From the NCBI GenBank assembly GCA_009103225.1, contig RHPI01002402.1:525099-589098 (forward strand): a DNA stretch of 64,000 nucleotides, given 5' to 3'. Shown here piece by piece: positions 1 to 14,195 of the stretch. The translations under genes were made by a program, and so were the position numbers. A model generated the notes under the pieces. It was not told the origin of the DNA. It did not search any database and saw nothing but the letters and a program-made list of their open reading frames with translations. Positions within the stretch are counted from its first letter, which is position 1; each line of letters starts with the position of its first letter. The DNA comes from Chlorokybus atmophyticus (lineage: Eukaryota > Plantae > Mesostigma and Chlorokybus algae).

Positions 1-329
1 CTGACTCAACTTGCAAGTGTTGCGCGTGAAAGTCATTACGCCCAGCACTCATGCGCAACAGCATGGCTTTGCTACCTCGACATGTAGCATAGCGGATTCC
101 GCTTGCTTAGTCAACTTGCTTGTACCGTAGCGACACAAAATATACATGCCAGCCTCTGCTGGCGCTCTATATGTTCATGTCCCACGTTTGCACGGTAAGC
201 TGCTCTGTTGCTGCCTGATGCGCTGCTGCGTGATGCCAACCATTGCTCTGTTAGTCGGTGCGTACGCGTGTCCGCACTTGGTCATGCATTGCAGTTTGTT
301 ACCGTATCACTCTCTTGGCCTATGCTTGG

Positions 330-620
330 CATGGAACATAACTTGGTGGAATATGGATTGTCATTTGGCAAGGTTTCGTGAAGTGTTGGTTAGCGGCTCC
401 ATAACAATAGTTTCAAAACGGATTGAATTCGGTCCCTACCGCATTGTATACCAACTCTCACGGATGTACATGATCCTAATGGAAGCTTTGGCCCCGTGAT
501 TAATACTAAAGAAGGATGTACATGAATCATTGGTGACATTTGTTGAACAATTTGATCGTGTTGTTCGAGATAATATTAAATTAGGCGCGTCGGCCATTGC
601 GGGTAGCACCATATACAAAT
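330..620 (+). pseudogene. Relic ORF of unknown origin in an AT-rich, CpG-poor block
   Basis: One frame reads NITWWNMDCHLARFREVLVSGSITIVSKRIEFGPYRIVYQLSRMYMILMEALAP*LILKKDVHESLVTFVEQFDRVVRDNIKLGASAIAGSTIYK* with a single internal TGA. No family recognised. Confidence 0.25.
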
Positions 621-2416
621 AATGCGAATCGAAAATGTATCACAATAGTAATTGAAGAAACTTGGCTTTATAGAACCCTTTTCTCATGTGATCACGTGAT
701 AATCTTAACCCCATACGCACATGGTTAATGCAGGATGAATGTTATGAAAAGTATACAATTGCATCGTCATAAAGACAATACAATTTGAAAAGTTGCATGC
801 GTCAAACTCAACAGCTTCGCATTGAAGTAGCAAGGCGCAATCCATCATAAAAACATATCTGAACATGCGATTGCCGCATCACTTTTAATACAACATGAAT
901 TACAATGCGCATGGCGCCACGCAAATGTGCAATCATATGAGTTGTACAATACAACTATGTTGTGTATGGCTTTAAGTAATATAGTAACTTGTTATTTTAT
1001 ATGTCAAGCTTACATGTAATCCATTACCTTACATCTGCTTGATATAGCACGGTTCCAATTATTGCCAAGTCTAAAATGTTATAATGCGTTGCTGCAACGC
1101 ATATATGCCATACTACATAAGGAATGCATATGTGATAATGTTGATAAATTTCGTCAACATGATATATTGCATATGCATGCGCATATATTGGACTTGCACA
1201 CCTGCGCACTTGCACAAGTTAATTAAACACAATTACATAAATCAAGCATAGCATGATATCATGTATCATCAACGCATCAAGTATTTACACAAGCTCACAT
1301 TTCATGAAGCAACATTATTTATAGATATTAATATTTAAAATATTCATATCATATTTTCATATAACCATAACATTGGTTACCTCATCGTCACGATGGACAT
1401 GGCCGTGAATACAATAGGCTTGTTAGAACTTGTAAACCTCACATTAAATTAGAGTTTGATTACTAGCGCCACGATGCTCCTTTCAGAGTCCTATATGTTT
1501 TGTCAATACAATGCTAACATCCCGCACAACTTTGATGCCAATTGAGCACATCATATCATGTTACATTATGATCTATTTGCTGCATCGTAACCCGCTTCAA
1601 ATGTAATATGGTCTATACTGGCAACATGGTTCTGCGAAAACTATAGCCCTTAATGTTCAACAATGTTATGTTGTACGCACACATGTACGATAAGCTGGTG
1701 TAAGTAATCCTATAAATACTGATTTTCATATATGCTTGATATGATGCTTGACATTGATTGATGCATGTAAGCATCTCAATCCGCATGTGTATAGACTATA
1801 CATCATGTTCACCACATGTCATGTGTCACATGGCACAATGAATGGGTAGACAACCCGCAGGCAAGCCTCCTGGAAGAAACTCGTGCTACCGTCTCGAGCC
1901 GGCATTTAGCAACTTAGGCGCTTTTGGACCAATGCAAGAGCAGCTAGCTCGTCTCCAGGCACACGAGAGGGGCGCGCGACGCCCGGCAGCGGGCGTTCAG
2001 CGCGGGCCGCACCGCGCAAGCCTCCCACGCCGCGCGGGCCTTACTGTTTTGTGCCTTTTTTCGCTGCGCAGTTAACCAAAATCGTGACTCTCATACCATC
2101 TAACCAGCCGGAGTCAAGCCGTTGCAGTCAGTAAACCAAACGATACCGCAGGACCAGAGTTGAGTTCAGATTTAGTTTGAGTTAAATCACGTTAGCTTTG
2201 CTCGTTCACGGTTGAGCTTAACCGAGAAGCCGCCATAGCCAAAAGCTATGCAGCGTTGTCGCTGAGCTCAGGAAGCAGGTAAGTCTGGTTCAGGGTTTCG
2301 GCGGCGGCGGAGGAGGAGGACGAGGACAAGGAGGAGGAGTTGAAGGCGCAGGAGGCGCAGGAGGACGAGGAGATTGTTGTAGAGGGTAAGAAGGAGCAGT
2401 TTACGCAACACACGCG

Positions 2417-3384
<968 letters not shown>

Positions 3385-6030
3385 GCAAGATTGTGGTTTG
3401 GCGTCAAAGACGCAGCTGTACATATAGTTTCAATCAGTGAGCACTATAGTTCAAGGCCTATGAGACTTTGCAGCCTCTGCTGTTGAGTACTACTGTAACT
3501 GTCAACTAGCTGTCAAGTGACAGCGTGTGTTTTCTGGTTGTGACTGTGCCGCAGCTGTGCTTTCTACTGCTGCTTCAGTACGATACCTTGTGCGCCTGCT
3601 TCCCTCTTTGCGCGATTCTGTATATTTTATCACCACATGGCATTCTTTGTATACACCAGCAGAGTCAGGTTCACAAACCCGATGAACTTTCTTAACACTG
3701 CTTTCTAGAAGTGTGCATGATGTCGCAATTGACTTTGTGCAGATGATGATGATGCCTAGCTTGGCTTTAGCTTAGACATGTGTAATGTGAAGTACAGTTT
3801 GGTCTGGCCTAACTCTGTGTTCAGCACTGCGGATTTTAACTACTGCTTGCCCTGATATCAACATGCACGGTACTTGTAAAACTGACAAGTGCCTTTTTAC
3901 AAAACCTACCTAGCCTTGATTTTGACATTGTTCAACATGGCTTGGTTGATGGCATCCATGTCATGGCTGTTATATGCCTCGAATGTCAGCGGCCTTACAG
4001 TAATCAAGTTACACAAGTGCTATGTGCTGAGCCGCCGGGTGTGGTGTTGCAGGTGTGGTGTGCTGTGGTGTGACGCTGTAGACTGCACATGTCATGTACA
4101 TAGGAGTACTGCACAAAGTAGTGTACTTGTTGCCATGCTATGCCATGTGTGGAATGCGTGCCATGAGCGTGCTCAAGCATCATGTGTATATACAATCTGG
4201 CCTAACCATCTTCTTTACCTCCGTGCTCTCCTCTCGGGTAGTGCTGCTAAGCGCTGCCCTACTGGTCGTCCCATGCCTGCCTGCTTGGCATGCATTCATG
4301 TCCTATGCATTGCACATGGGACTCGGCCCCCCTAGATTAGGTAGTCTGCTTGTGCTTGAGGTTGTGTACAAAGTGAGTATGGTACTGTGCTTGTGATAGT
4401 GTCACAATAGTATGTAATAATTTGTGGTTAGCTTGCTCTGCTGCTACATACAATGCGAGGTGAATATGTGCCAATACTCTTGCCTTTGTTTCCTTGGCCC
4501 CTTTACTCAAGTAATATGCAATAGTCGTCCCTCATGTCAAGTACACACGTCCTTGCATTTGCTGTGTTGCAACTGTTGGCCGTTATGTACATGGTCTGAA
4601 CCTATTAGATTGATTGAGCGTTACCTGACAGTGACCTATACCACACGACACACGCCACATGTTAGCCACCAATGGCATTGCGGCCACCACTACGGAGTCA
4701 GATGCGATGCTAACATAGGTGATGGCTGTCGAGTTGTGAGCATTGCCATGTTGTGTGTAGACAAAATGGTGAGTAATTTAAGTGTGTGAGTATGCAGGGA
4801 GCTTGTGGCGCAGTGAAACACTGCCGAACATTGCAATACAATAGGGGTCACCTTGTTGGTAGGTACACAACCACATGGCATCGGGTGAGCAGGCATTGCA
4901 CTTTGTAACAATTGGTGTGTATTAACATTGGCATAGTATGGTAGTGATTGAAGGACCCCATCCCACCCCACCCCACCCCCCGCCCCCTTCCCCGTGATTA
5001 CGCGCACGTTTATTATCATAATCAATGTGACGGTTTTTACGCATGTCAAGCACCAACACCATTGTGGTAGCACCTCACCGTAAGCAAAGCTAGCAGATGG
5101 CATATCCATGTTGTTGGCACGTTTAACGCTTGCACTGCCACTTGCAATTGGCAAGCGTTGCAAGCGAAGTTGCCATGCCAACGTTGACTGCATCATGCGA
5201 CTCATACCTTATGCGAGTCGTGCACGACAATCCAAGAGCGTACATGTAAGCGGCCCCTGGCTGTTGATTGTAGTGCTCAAGCCATCAAGCGCCGTGAATG
5301 GGCTGGGACGACAGACCATGCAAGCTTACAATACAAGCCAACATCTGTACCTACATACAGTAGTGGTCACTACTCATTGCTCAAGCCATCAAGCCATCAA
5401 GCGTGACATGAGCTTAATCCCGGGCTTCGCACCGCAAGCCGTCAGCGGACTCATGACTTGACCATCACTCCGTGCCGGCAACGTGGCTTCAGGCGGCGGT
5501 GGCGTCAGTGGCGGTATGCCCCCGGGGCTGAGCAATACAACCAACAGTAGTCGGCGTTGCCAATTGATGGCAACTTCTTGCAATTCATGCCAAGACATAA
5601 GGTACACGTGTAAATTCTGCCCTGCTCTTCCGCCCACACAAGCACCTCTCCTCCTGCAGCTGGCGCGTGCCTTGCCTGCAATATTAGGTAGGTCAAGCAT
5701 TCGTGCTTTACCGCTATGAGGTGCAAGACAATTCATGCATCTACATGCATGCTTGTTTGATTCAACTGAATTGGGGGAGAGGATTGGAGGATCATCAAAC
5801 GATCTATCTTTACCTGGCTACCTTTATGCACTTTGATGGATCAGCAAACGTTGCAGTCGGTTCGCTTTGGACATACACCTGCATGATGCATGTCATTTTG
5901 ATACGTCTACTTGCACACAACAAGACGACAAGTCAGTGCATAAACCATCATCACGCTCCCCAATCCATCTCTCCCTGCTCCCCAGTTGAAGCCTCTCTGT
6001 AGAGTGCGTGTGCAAAGCAATATTGCAAGC

Positions 6031-6188
6031 ATGCACCAAAGGAAGGGTTCTCCTCTGCTGTGTCTGCCGCTCTTTCTCCTCCCGCTGCTGCTGCGAGCCA
6101 TGCAGCCCGCGGACGCCACACCGCTGGATGACTATGTGAGGCGGCCGGATGAGCACTACAAATGGGAGGTGAGGGTTTGGCAAAACGA

Positions 6189-6235
<47 letters not shown>

Positions 6236-8967
6236 NNNNNNNNNNNNNNNNNNNNNNNNNNNNNNNNNNNNNNNNNNNNNNNNNNNNNNNNNNNNNNNNN
6301 NNNNNNNNNNNNNNNNNNNNNNNNNNNNNNNNNNNNNNNNNNNNNNNNNNNNNNNNNNNNNNNNNNNNNNNNNNNNNNNNNNNNNNNNNNNNNNNNNNNN
6401 NNNNNNNNNNNNNNNNNNNNNNNNNNNNNNNNNNNNNNNNNNNNNNNNTTTTTAGTCACAGTGCAGTCTCTCTCTCTCTCTCTCTCTCTCTCGCTCGCTC
6501 TCTCTCTCTCTCTCTCACTCTCACTCTCACTCTCACTCTCTCTGGCACGTACGCATTCTGGCACATGCGCGCATGCATGCAGACACACGCGTGCGTGCGC
6601 GCGTGTGTCTGTTGATTGTACTTGTGTTCCCTTCTCAGTGCCGAATTGCAGGTTCTGAGCGTGGTTCGCTCTTCCTGCGGCCGCTGCTCCCTCCACCTCC
6701 TCAACATGACGAGTCAGTCGTGGCTGACTCCCTCGGACGTGGACCGCACGGTGTGGTGGCACTACCTCGTGGTCTTCGTTCCCGAGGGGGACGCCGACCC
6801 AAGCATGCGCGGACTGGGGACGCTCTACGTCGGGGGAGGGAGCAACCGAGAGATGGATGTTGGGAGGGTGGAGAGGATCGCGGAAGTGGGAATGGTCAAG
6901 AGGCTGGCGCTGGTGACGAGGGGGATCACTGCGGCGCTGTTCCAGGTGGGGGCTGGTCAGCACGCGCTTGTGCGTGTGCGTTGGCGTTGGCGTTGGCGTT
7001 TGCATATGCGTGCGCCTGTGCGTGTGTGCATGCGTCTCATGTACTTGCACGCATGAACAGCAGTGTTATCACATGCGGTTGGTAGTAGTGCACTCAGCCA
7101 ATACTGCCACTATATCGCGTTGGTGCTGATAGTCGCGCATGGAGTGCAAGCTATGTGGTTGTAATGCTGTATTGCGTGCGACCGTGCGTGCGCATACATG
7201 CGCACGTCCATGAACACACGTGTAATGCGCGCTTGCGCCAATCGCTCGTGGTACTGGTGTGCCATCACATCTATGACATGCCGTGGATAGTGCACGAGCG
7301 CTCAGCCGCTACACTCTAGTCAGTTCCTGTGTTTGGTAAGATTGCATTGCAAACTGTGTGTTTGTGACGTGGTGTTCACAACAATCAAACAGGTGCCGAA
7401 CCAGCCGCTGATATTTGCGAGTGATGCTTCGGGCGCGCGTCGGTCTGAGGACAGCCTGATAGCGTGGGGGTGGGAGCAGTTCCTGCTCGGCGGGGGCAAG
7501 CGACCCGAGTGGCTGCCACGCCTGCCCATGACCAAAGCCGCCGTGCGGGGAATGGACACCGTACAGGCCTACTGCAAACAGGCAGGGGGATGTAGCATCG
7601 CTCACACACATGCATTCATGCCCGATTGCACATGCAGAGACACATGTATGTACGCACACTCACACGCACACGCGCACGGGTGCGCATAAACACACGTGTG
7701 TGCGCGTGAGAAAAGTTTCGACACAGCAGTTACAGTTACAAAGGGGTTCAGTGTGGTCACGTTCACGTTCACGTTCGACTCTTGCCGAATGCTATCACCC
7801 TGTACAGATTGGAGTGGTTGCTCCCGAGCGCTTTGTGGTTGTGGGTGCATCAAAGCGTGGTTGGACGTCATGGACGACAGCAGCAGTGGACCCGCGCGTG
7901 TGCGGCGTGATTCCGATCGTGATGGATCTACTCAACTTCCGTCCAAGCGTGCACCACCACTACCGCAGCTACGGCGGCTGGAGCTTCGCGTTCGCGGACT
8001 ACGTCGCCGCCAGCGTCACGACGCACCTCGACACCCCGCAGATGCGCGCCCTGCTCGATATCGTCGACCCGTACGTCTATCGAGCACGCCTCACCATGGC
8101 CAAGTATATCGTCAGTACCACTGGAGATGAGTTCTTCCTGCCAGACGACAGCCGCTTCTTCCTGTCTGTAAGTTGTGATCTAACGTGCGTGTTGCGAGGT
8201 TGTTGGTTGAGTGAGATGTATGTAGATGAAGCAAAGGGTGCATGCTTTAAGCTCAATTTGCACCCACATGTACACTCATACACACGTGCGCAAGCGCAAG
8301 CGCACACATGCATGCGTGCACGTGTGTGCGTGTGCGCGCGCAGACGCTTATATACGCACGGACGCACTTGCACACACGATCATGCTACGCACACATGCAG
8401 GAGCTGCCTGGCACCAACTACCTGCGTATGCTTCCGAACTGCGAGCACTCGATGGTGATGTGCCTGAACGACGTGATCAAAAACACCGCCGCTTTCATCA
8501 TGTCTCTACGCTCCCCCTCTCCCTCACCTCACCTTCACCCCATCATCTCCACCACCACCTCCGCCGCACCACACGTTGACTGGGTAGTGGACTACCCCAA
8601 CGGCATCATTCAAGCAACAAGCTACTCCATACCAAAGAAAGCCACAGCGTGGTGCGCTCTTACAATCAGCGACAAAAGGAGGGACTTCAGGCTGTTAGCA
8701 CTCTTTCAAGGCAAGCCCGTGCCTCAGCCCGTAGTGTGGCGCAAGCTTCATCTGGCATTGGATGATGTGAGCAGAAGTAACTGGCCGTTTACGTACACGC
8801 ATCGTGTGCCGAAGCCGTTGCGCGGGTGGCGCGCGTGCTTTGTGGAGTTGACGTTTGAGGGGTATCGTGGTGTGGACTTTGTGCTGACCTCCCCGGTCAG
8901 CATCATGCCGGATACCTTACCGTTCCCCGACTGCAGCGGGGAGGATTGCGGGCGGCAGCTGGTATGA
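6031..8967 (+). CDS. PqaA / PhoPQ-activated pathogenicity-related (AprA-like) secreted alpha/beta-hydrolase-fold protein
   Basis: Exons 6031-6168, 6652-6945, 7393-7581, 7808-8167 and 8401-8967. Signal peptide is followed by TPLDDYV, NMTSQSWL, WWHYL, VPNQPL, RSEDSLIAW, LPMTKA, GASKRGWT, DPY, GDEFFLPD and PNCEH, motifs I recognise as this family. Confidence 0.9.
6191..6540. repeat. (CT)n microsatellite flanking a 213-nt assembly gap (N 6236-6448) in intron 1 of the PqaA-like gene
   Basis: Directly visible. Confidence 0.95.
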
Positions 8968-9397
8968 GCTGCGTGACATGGTGTTGGTGGCTGTTGCTGT
9001 TGTTGTTGTTGTTGTCATCAATGTTGTAGGTGTTCATGGTTCTCAGATGTAAAGCATGCAGTGTGTAGCTTAAGCTTGCGTGGGGTTGCCCCCGCACGCG
9101 GCCCACCTGTTCGGGTCTAATGGAACGTACCAGGATACCGCACAAAGCTATTCAAAAACCACATTGACAAACACGGTTGATTGCCTTGCCCAATTGGATT
9201 GTGCTAATAAGCACAGTGTTCATCTGGTTGACTTACGCGCATCAGTATTGGCCATGTAGCTTTGCCCATAGCGATGACAGTACGCATTTGCCTCACACAA
9301 TGATAGCATGCTGCACCACAACGCAGAAGAGCACGCAACACTCCCCATTTCAACCGCATTATGCTTCAGAACAAGGATCAGGTGTTGAGGCACTTCA

Positions 9398-11294
9398 TCA
9401 AGTGATGGAGATTGAGGACACGACATGTTCAAAAAGTTGCTGCATGGGTTTGTTCAACAACTGCTAATGTTGTACGCCACGACATCAACCAAGCCCAGGC
9501 TGTACAAGCAGATGTCTTGGCTAAGAGAAAGGCATATATCAACCCAAGAAGCTTAGAGTGGTGCAGGAAGGGCAAGAAGTGATAGTGAAAGCACCGAGCA
9601 TGTCAGAGGGTAGACGTACTTGGGCGAGTGGGTCTGAGGGTTTTTCAAAACACTCTCGGGCGCATTGCGACTTCACGCATGTGCTGAGGTTGTCTCTCTC
9701 TGCGCGTTAACAAACAGTGCGGCGTAGGACTGCCCATGCACAGCGTACGCAGTCAACAAGCTCATGCATACGTTGCAACTATCATTCCTTCAAGTCACCT
9801 GCGGGATACCTACTTACATCATTGCTACTTACTAGCACTAGCTCCATTAGTCATGCAAGCAAGCACTGCGCTTAGCCAAACATCCAATTCAATCACTTGC
9901 ACAGCGGCCGTGTTGTGTGCTATGTTTCATGTTTGTGCTTTGTGTGTTTGTGCGCGTGCTGTGCGCGTGCTGTGTGCAGGTATGGGCGGTGGCAATGGTG
10001 AGCATGCATCACTCGAACAGCAGCACAACCGCAACCATGTCAGCATGTGTTGGTGCGTGCGCGTGTGCTGTGTGGTGAGTTTTCGTGATGCGAACGAGCA
10101 CTCTATTGCAAACAGCAAAGCAATGCGCATCACACCCACGCGTGTACATCTTAGCCGCAATGCCAGCTGCAACACGCACTCACCTGTGACATCTGGCGCA
10201 CTGTACGTCGCTCGCATTGAATGGAGTGTAAGTTCCTGCATAGCACATATGAGACCTGCTTCCTGCCAAAGCAAGCCGTATGCAGCGTTGATTGTGTCAA
10301 GAACGTCACAGAGGGCTGCATGCAATGCCATCTGATCGGGTGCAGTTGGAAGGTCGTCACGATAACATGTGTGTGCAGAGGACCATTTTTCCAGCGGGAG
10401 GTGGTATGGTATCTCTTCATCTGGCAGTTTTGCATCTGGCAGCCCGCTCAAATCCAATGCCAACAACAGTGCTGCGTTTGTAATTGGCGGCACACTTGCG
10501 CGCACCTGCAGCACGCACTCTCACACACATGCACATGCACGGCGCACGAGCAAGTGCGCGAACAAGCGAGAGTGCACGCATCCACACAATGCCACAGTGC
10601 TGCCGAGATGGCATACACAAGTTGTGCTGTCTTCTTCCAACCATCAATGTGTGGAATTGTGTCGTGTCCTCAAGTTGGGAAGGGTGTGTGTGCATGTAGT
10701 CGACCCTTTCTTTAGAGTGGTAGATTGCTTGTGATCACTTGGCTGGAGTAAAAGAACATGCATGGGATGCAGGAATTCTTGCAGGCAGAGTTGCATGCAT
10801 AATGACGTTTTGTAATACTCATCTGGAAGATTGCACTGCACTGCACTGCAGCACCACCTACAGTAGGCTCTCTGGCATCATCTTTGTACCCTGCATCCAC
10901 CTTCTGCCTGATGCGCACCTCAGTGCAGGTCAGCTTTGGGCAGGAGTCTTGCTGTGAAGAGGGAAAACAGCAGAAGCAGGAGCAGGATTAGCAAAACAAA
11001 CATGTCCTCACTTGTGTAGCAGCTCATGCATGTAAGAAGTACCGTGCACAACAGTGGGAGCCCTGCATCAGCCTGTCTGGTGAGAGGAGTCATGTATTAG
11101 TAGACAGTTGACCCCACAAACATTGGCAAGTTTCCTTCAAAACAAGGGCACGCCAAACCACAACGCTTGCATAGGGTATGAGTCATTTGACATACATGCG
11201 CTCAGTCTGTGCACACACACATACACACGTACTACCAAAGCATATCCAGCCAGCCAGCACAGCGCCACCACACTTACATCACACCCGAGGCCAT
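9398..11294 (-). CDS. Hypothetical multi-exon protein (orphan; ends uncertain)
   Basis: Phase-consistent GT-AG exons near 11278-11294, 11041-11074, 10862-10951, 10184-10505, 9620-9700 and 9398-9460 give MASGVIQADAGLPLLCTQDSCPKLTCTEVRIRQKVDAGYKDDAREPTVRASVPPITNAALLLALDLSGLPDAKLPDEEIPYHLPLEKW...LLNKPMQQLFEHVVSSISIT*. No family recognised. Confidence 0.45.
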
Positions 11295-11860
11295 CGCACT
11301 AGCTTATTCTATGCGCCCTATGTGCAATGCAGTGCCGTGAAGGAGGAGCCAGCAGCAGCAGGCAGCAGCAGCAAGCAACTCCAACCAACCTGAGTGCACA
11401 AGTGTGCATGTGTACCGTAAGATCGTTGTCGTGCATGGTGCACACAACAACAACTACAACAGCAGCAGCAGCAGCAGCAGCAGCACTGTCAGCGCCTGAT
11501 TAAAACTACAACTGGAACAACGTTGTGTTCCGCATAACCCCCGGTTGAAAAGGACAAAACACACACAGAGCGCTCGCTTGTTGTCGTATGTTGTCATGCC
11601 CTGCTGCATGCAAGGTCAGAGCACCCCTTCTTGTACTTCTTGAGTCAGGCTCATCAGGACTTCAAGAACCATGTAGTTGAAGTAGATGCTTGGTATGTGA
11701 CAGCCCCCCTGCTCAGAGGTTTCCAGCTCTCATCTGGCTCAATGCATCAGGCACGACAGATGTGCAGTCATGCGTAAGCAGCGGCTGCACATGCAGCGTG
11801 GTGCTTCTGTGCTCCGGAGGCATCGTCTACACATGCATGCATCAGGCAGGCTTGCCCAAC

Positions 11861-11906
<46 letters not shown>

Positions 11907-12568
11907 GAGCACCAAAAGACACAAGTGTCGTGCCCTTGTCTACTGCCGTCTGTCAAAGGATTTGTCCTGTGTGACAGCAGGTCGGGACAGCGGGAAGCAG
12001 AAGACCAGAGGGTCCCTTTCAGTGCCGGGTGGCCGGGCTAGCCGCAATGGATGATTTATAAAAACTGCCGTCTGGCCCATACGTTGCTCGACCCCTGGAC
12101 TCCTTTAGTATAGTATCAGCATCACTCTATGCCATGCATTGTTTATGTTGGTGGGCACTACGTAGTACTTCAGTGCGTGCATGCGTATTCGCTGTTGTTA
12201 ACTGCATGAGCCAGACAAATAAATGTGCTTATCAGTTTTTAGTCACAGTGCAGAGAGAGCAGGGGGAGCATCCTTGCGCACCAAAACTGGCGTAGATCAG
12301 CTAGAGAAGATGAGGAACCGCAATCTCGGACGTTCCTTGTGTTTAGTAAGATGTAACAAGATCTATGTTGTGCATGGGACTTTGACGACATCATCAGCAG
12401 GGCGACAAAAGCGCAGGTAAGTAGCAGCCCTTCTTGAGAGCACAGTTTCAGCTTTCAGTTGGGGACATACCTTATCATCACGGGCACTTTCAGCCAAATA
12501 ATTTATGTACACAACTCGCAAGCATTGCAGTGGGAGAGGCAAGAGCAGCAGTCACTGCCACTGCGGTG

Positions 12569-13924
12569 CTACGACGCGCGCAGGACCTTCATGAGTCCGT
12601 GGTTGACGAGGCCGCCAAAGCGCCGGAAGCCGTAACCGAGGGTGCTCTTCGTGTACTCCAGCTCCTTGTGATCCCACCTGTTGGGAGGGGGGAAGTGTGA
12701 GAGGGTTGCATCCGCAGTGACACACAGAGTGGGATGCGTGGTGAGACGCATGATGAATGGTAAAGTGTACTGTCTGCCAGCGCACCTGTCTTCCATCCTG
12801 ATTATCTTCCATTGCTCCAGCTGCAGCAAAGAAAGGAGATAAGCATACAGACGTTTGCACGCGCACGCACGCAATAAACGCACACATGTGCATGTGCGCG
12901 TGTGGCATGAGCAATTTACATGCAGGGGACATATGCATTCTGCAGACAAGCAAGCATCCAAGACCTCAAACTGTGGTGTGCAACTCACCTCAAGCCACAC
13001 TGTCGACGCCATCTTCTTCTCCTTGTTGAGCCCCTTCACAACGTATCGCTGCAAGAGGTCTATGCTGATCTGCACGCGCGCATGTGCGTTAGTTTTACAC
13101 AAGCAAGCACAGTGCTTTAAAAAAGAACTCACCAACGTTAAACAACTCTTTGTGCACGACCAGCAACAATGCCACAACGGATGTGACGCTCACCGTGCCA
13201 TTGCCCGCTTCGGTTATATTGCTTGTGACTATGCTCTGCAGCGTCTCAGAGGTCTTGAACGCCTGCCCATGCATCACAAGTATGGTGTAATTAGCAAATG
13301 GTGACAAATCAAATAGCCACATTGTGATGCACATGACTGTGGCAAGTTTAGAAGAGCTTGTGCGTGGACGCACTGAAATCAGCCATGCAATTGTGGCCTG
13401 TTCTGGCTTACATGCATGATACATGCATACTGAATCAGGGTGTTGGTACCTTTGGCATTGCCAGGAACGCCGACTTGATCTGCGGCAATCTGCGGAGGCA
13501 TCAACTTGGGTGTGGGTGTGTTTGCGGGTGTGTTGTTTAGAAGGAGTAGATTGGGGTATACATACAGTTGATACACTTTGTGAATCCATCGCACAACACA
13601 CTTGCGTAGACGTACCCAATGCAGTACATGAGGGGGTCGGCGAAGACCGCTGTTGGGGAGAAAGAGTCAAATGAGGCCTCAGTCGCACGGCATTGGTACC
13701 TACAAGACAAGGGGGGGTGCACAGCCGTGAGTGAAGTCATTTATCCAAACAACCCCTCTGTTGGTTTGAGATCACGTACTGCCAGACATTGGTGCCACAT
13801 TAGACACAGGCTTCAGAATCACTCACAGCTCAAACACTTTGTCCAGCACGCTCTGCACCCCGGGGGTCACGCCGCTCCCTGCCGGCGCCGCTGCCGCAGC
13901 TGCCGTCTGCTGATCCACCGCCAT
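12569..13924 (-). CDS. NTF2/SnoaL-like fold protein (~170 aa)
   Basis: Seven phase-consistent exons give MAVDQQ...VFELYQCRATEASFDSFSPTAVFADPLMYCIGLPQIKSAFLAMPKAFKTSETL...ISIDLLQRYVVKGLNKEKKMASTVWLELEQWKIIRMEDRWDHKELEY...GFRRFGGLVNHGLMKVLRAS*. The AVFxDP and KIxRxEDRWD motifs are typical of SnoaL/NTF2-like proteins. Confidence 0.82.
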
Positions 13925-14195
13925 GCTGACCTACTCACACCGTTGGCTACCTGACTACCCACCTGCACCACCGCCGCCGCCGCCAATGCCACGTGCAAAG
14001 CGCCTATGCGTGACATTACACAGCTGATGTCTCACGGCTGTACCTGTATCTTACTCCACACGCTGCCACGTAGCAGAGATCTCCGTCAGTACGCAGTACG
14101 CCTGTTCTGTTGCAAGTACGTACGTACGTACATGTGTACCAATGCCCCACTCAGTCCCCCCCCAATTCATCCATGTCGTGCATGTCCGCCTCGTC

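Noticed and set aside
2070-2225. TTAA-flanked piggyBac-like MITE in the H3.3 promoter
   Set aside because: The inverted ends are too weak and lack CCC/GGG termini.
3456-3470. gcctatgagactttg matching the element's intronic repeat, downstream of H3.3
   Set aside because: A single 15-mer without the rest of the unit; it could be chance.
3889-5800. Numerous Cys/His/Val-rich ORFs in intergenic and intronic DNA (here and throughout the window)
   Set aside because: Products of TG/CA-rich low-complexity sequence or antisense shadows of real exons.
5893-7050. 385-aa minus-strand ORF and overlapping ORFs through the N-gap
   Set aside because: Artefact of Ns, microsatellites and the antisense of PqaA-like exons.
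11610-12110. Possible plus-strand exons (SEHPFLYFLSQAHQDFKNHVVEVDAW; MDDL*KLPSGPYVARPLDSF)
   Set aside because: They cannot be chained into an open gene, and stops follow quickly.
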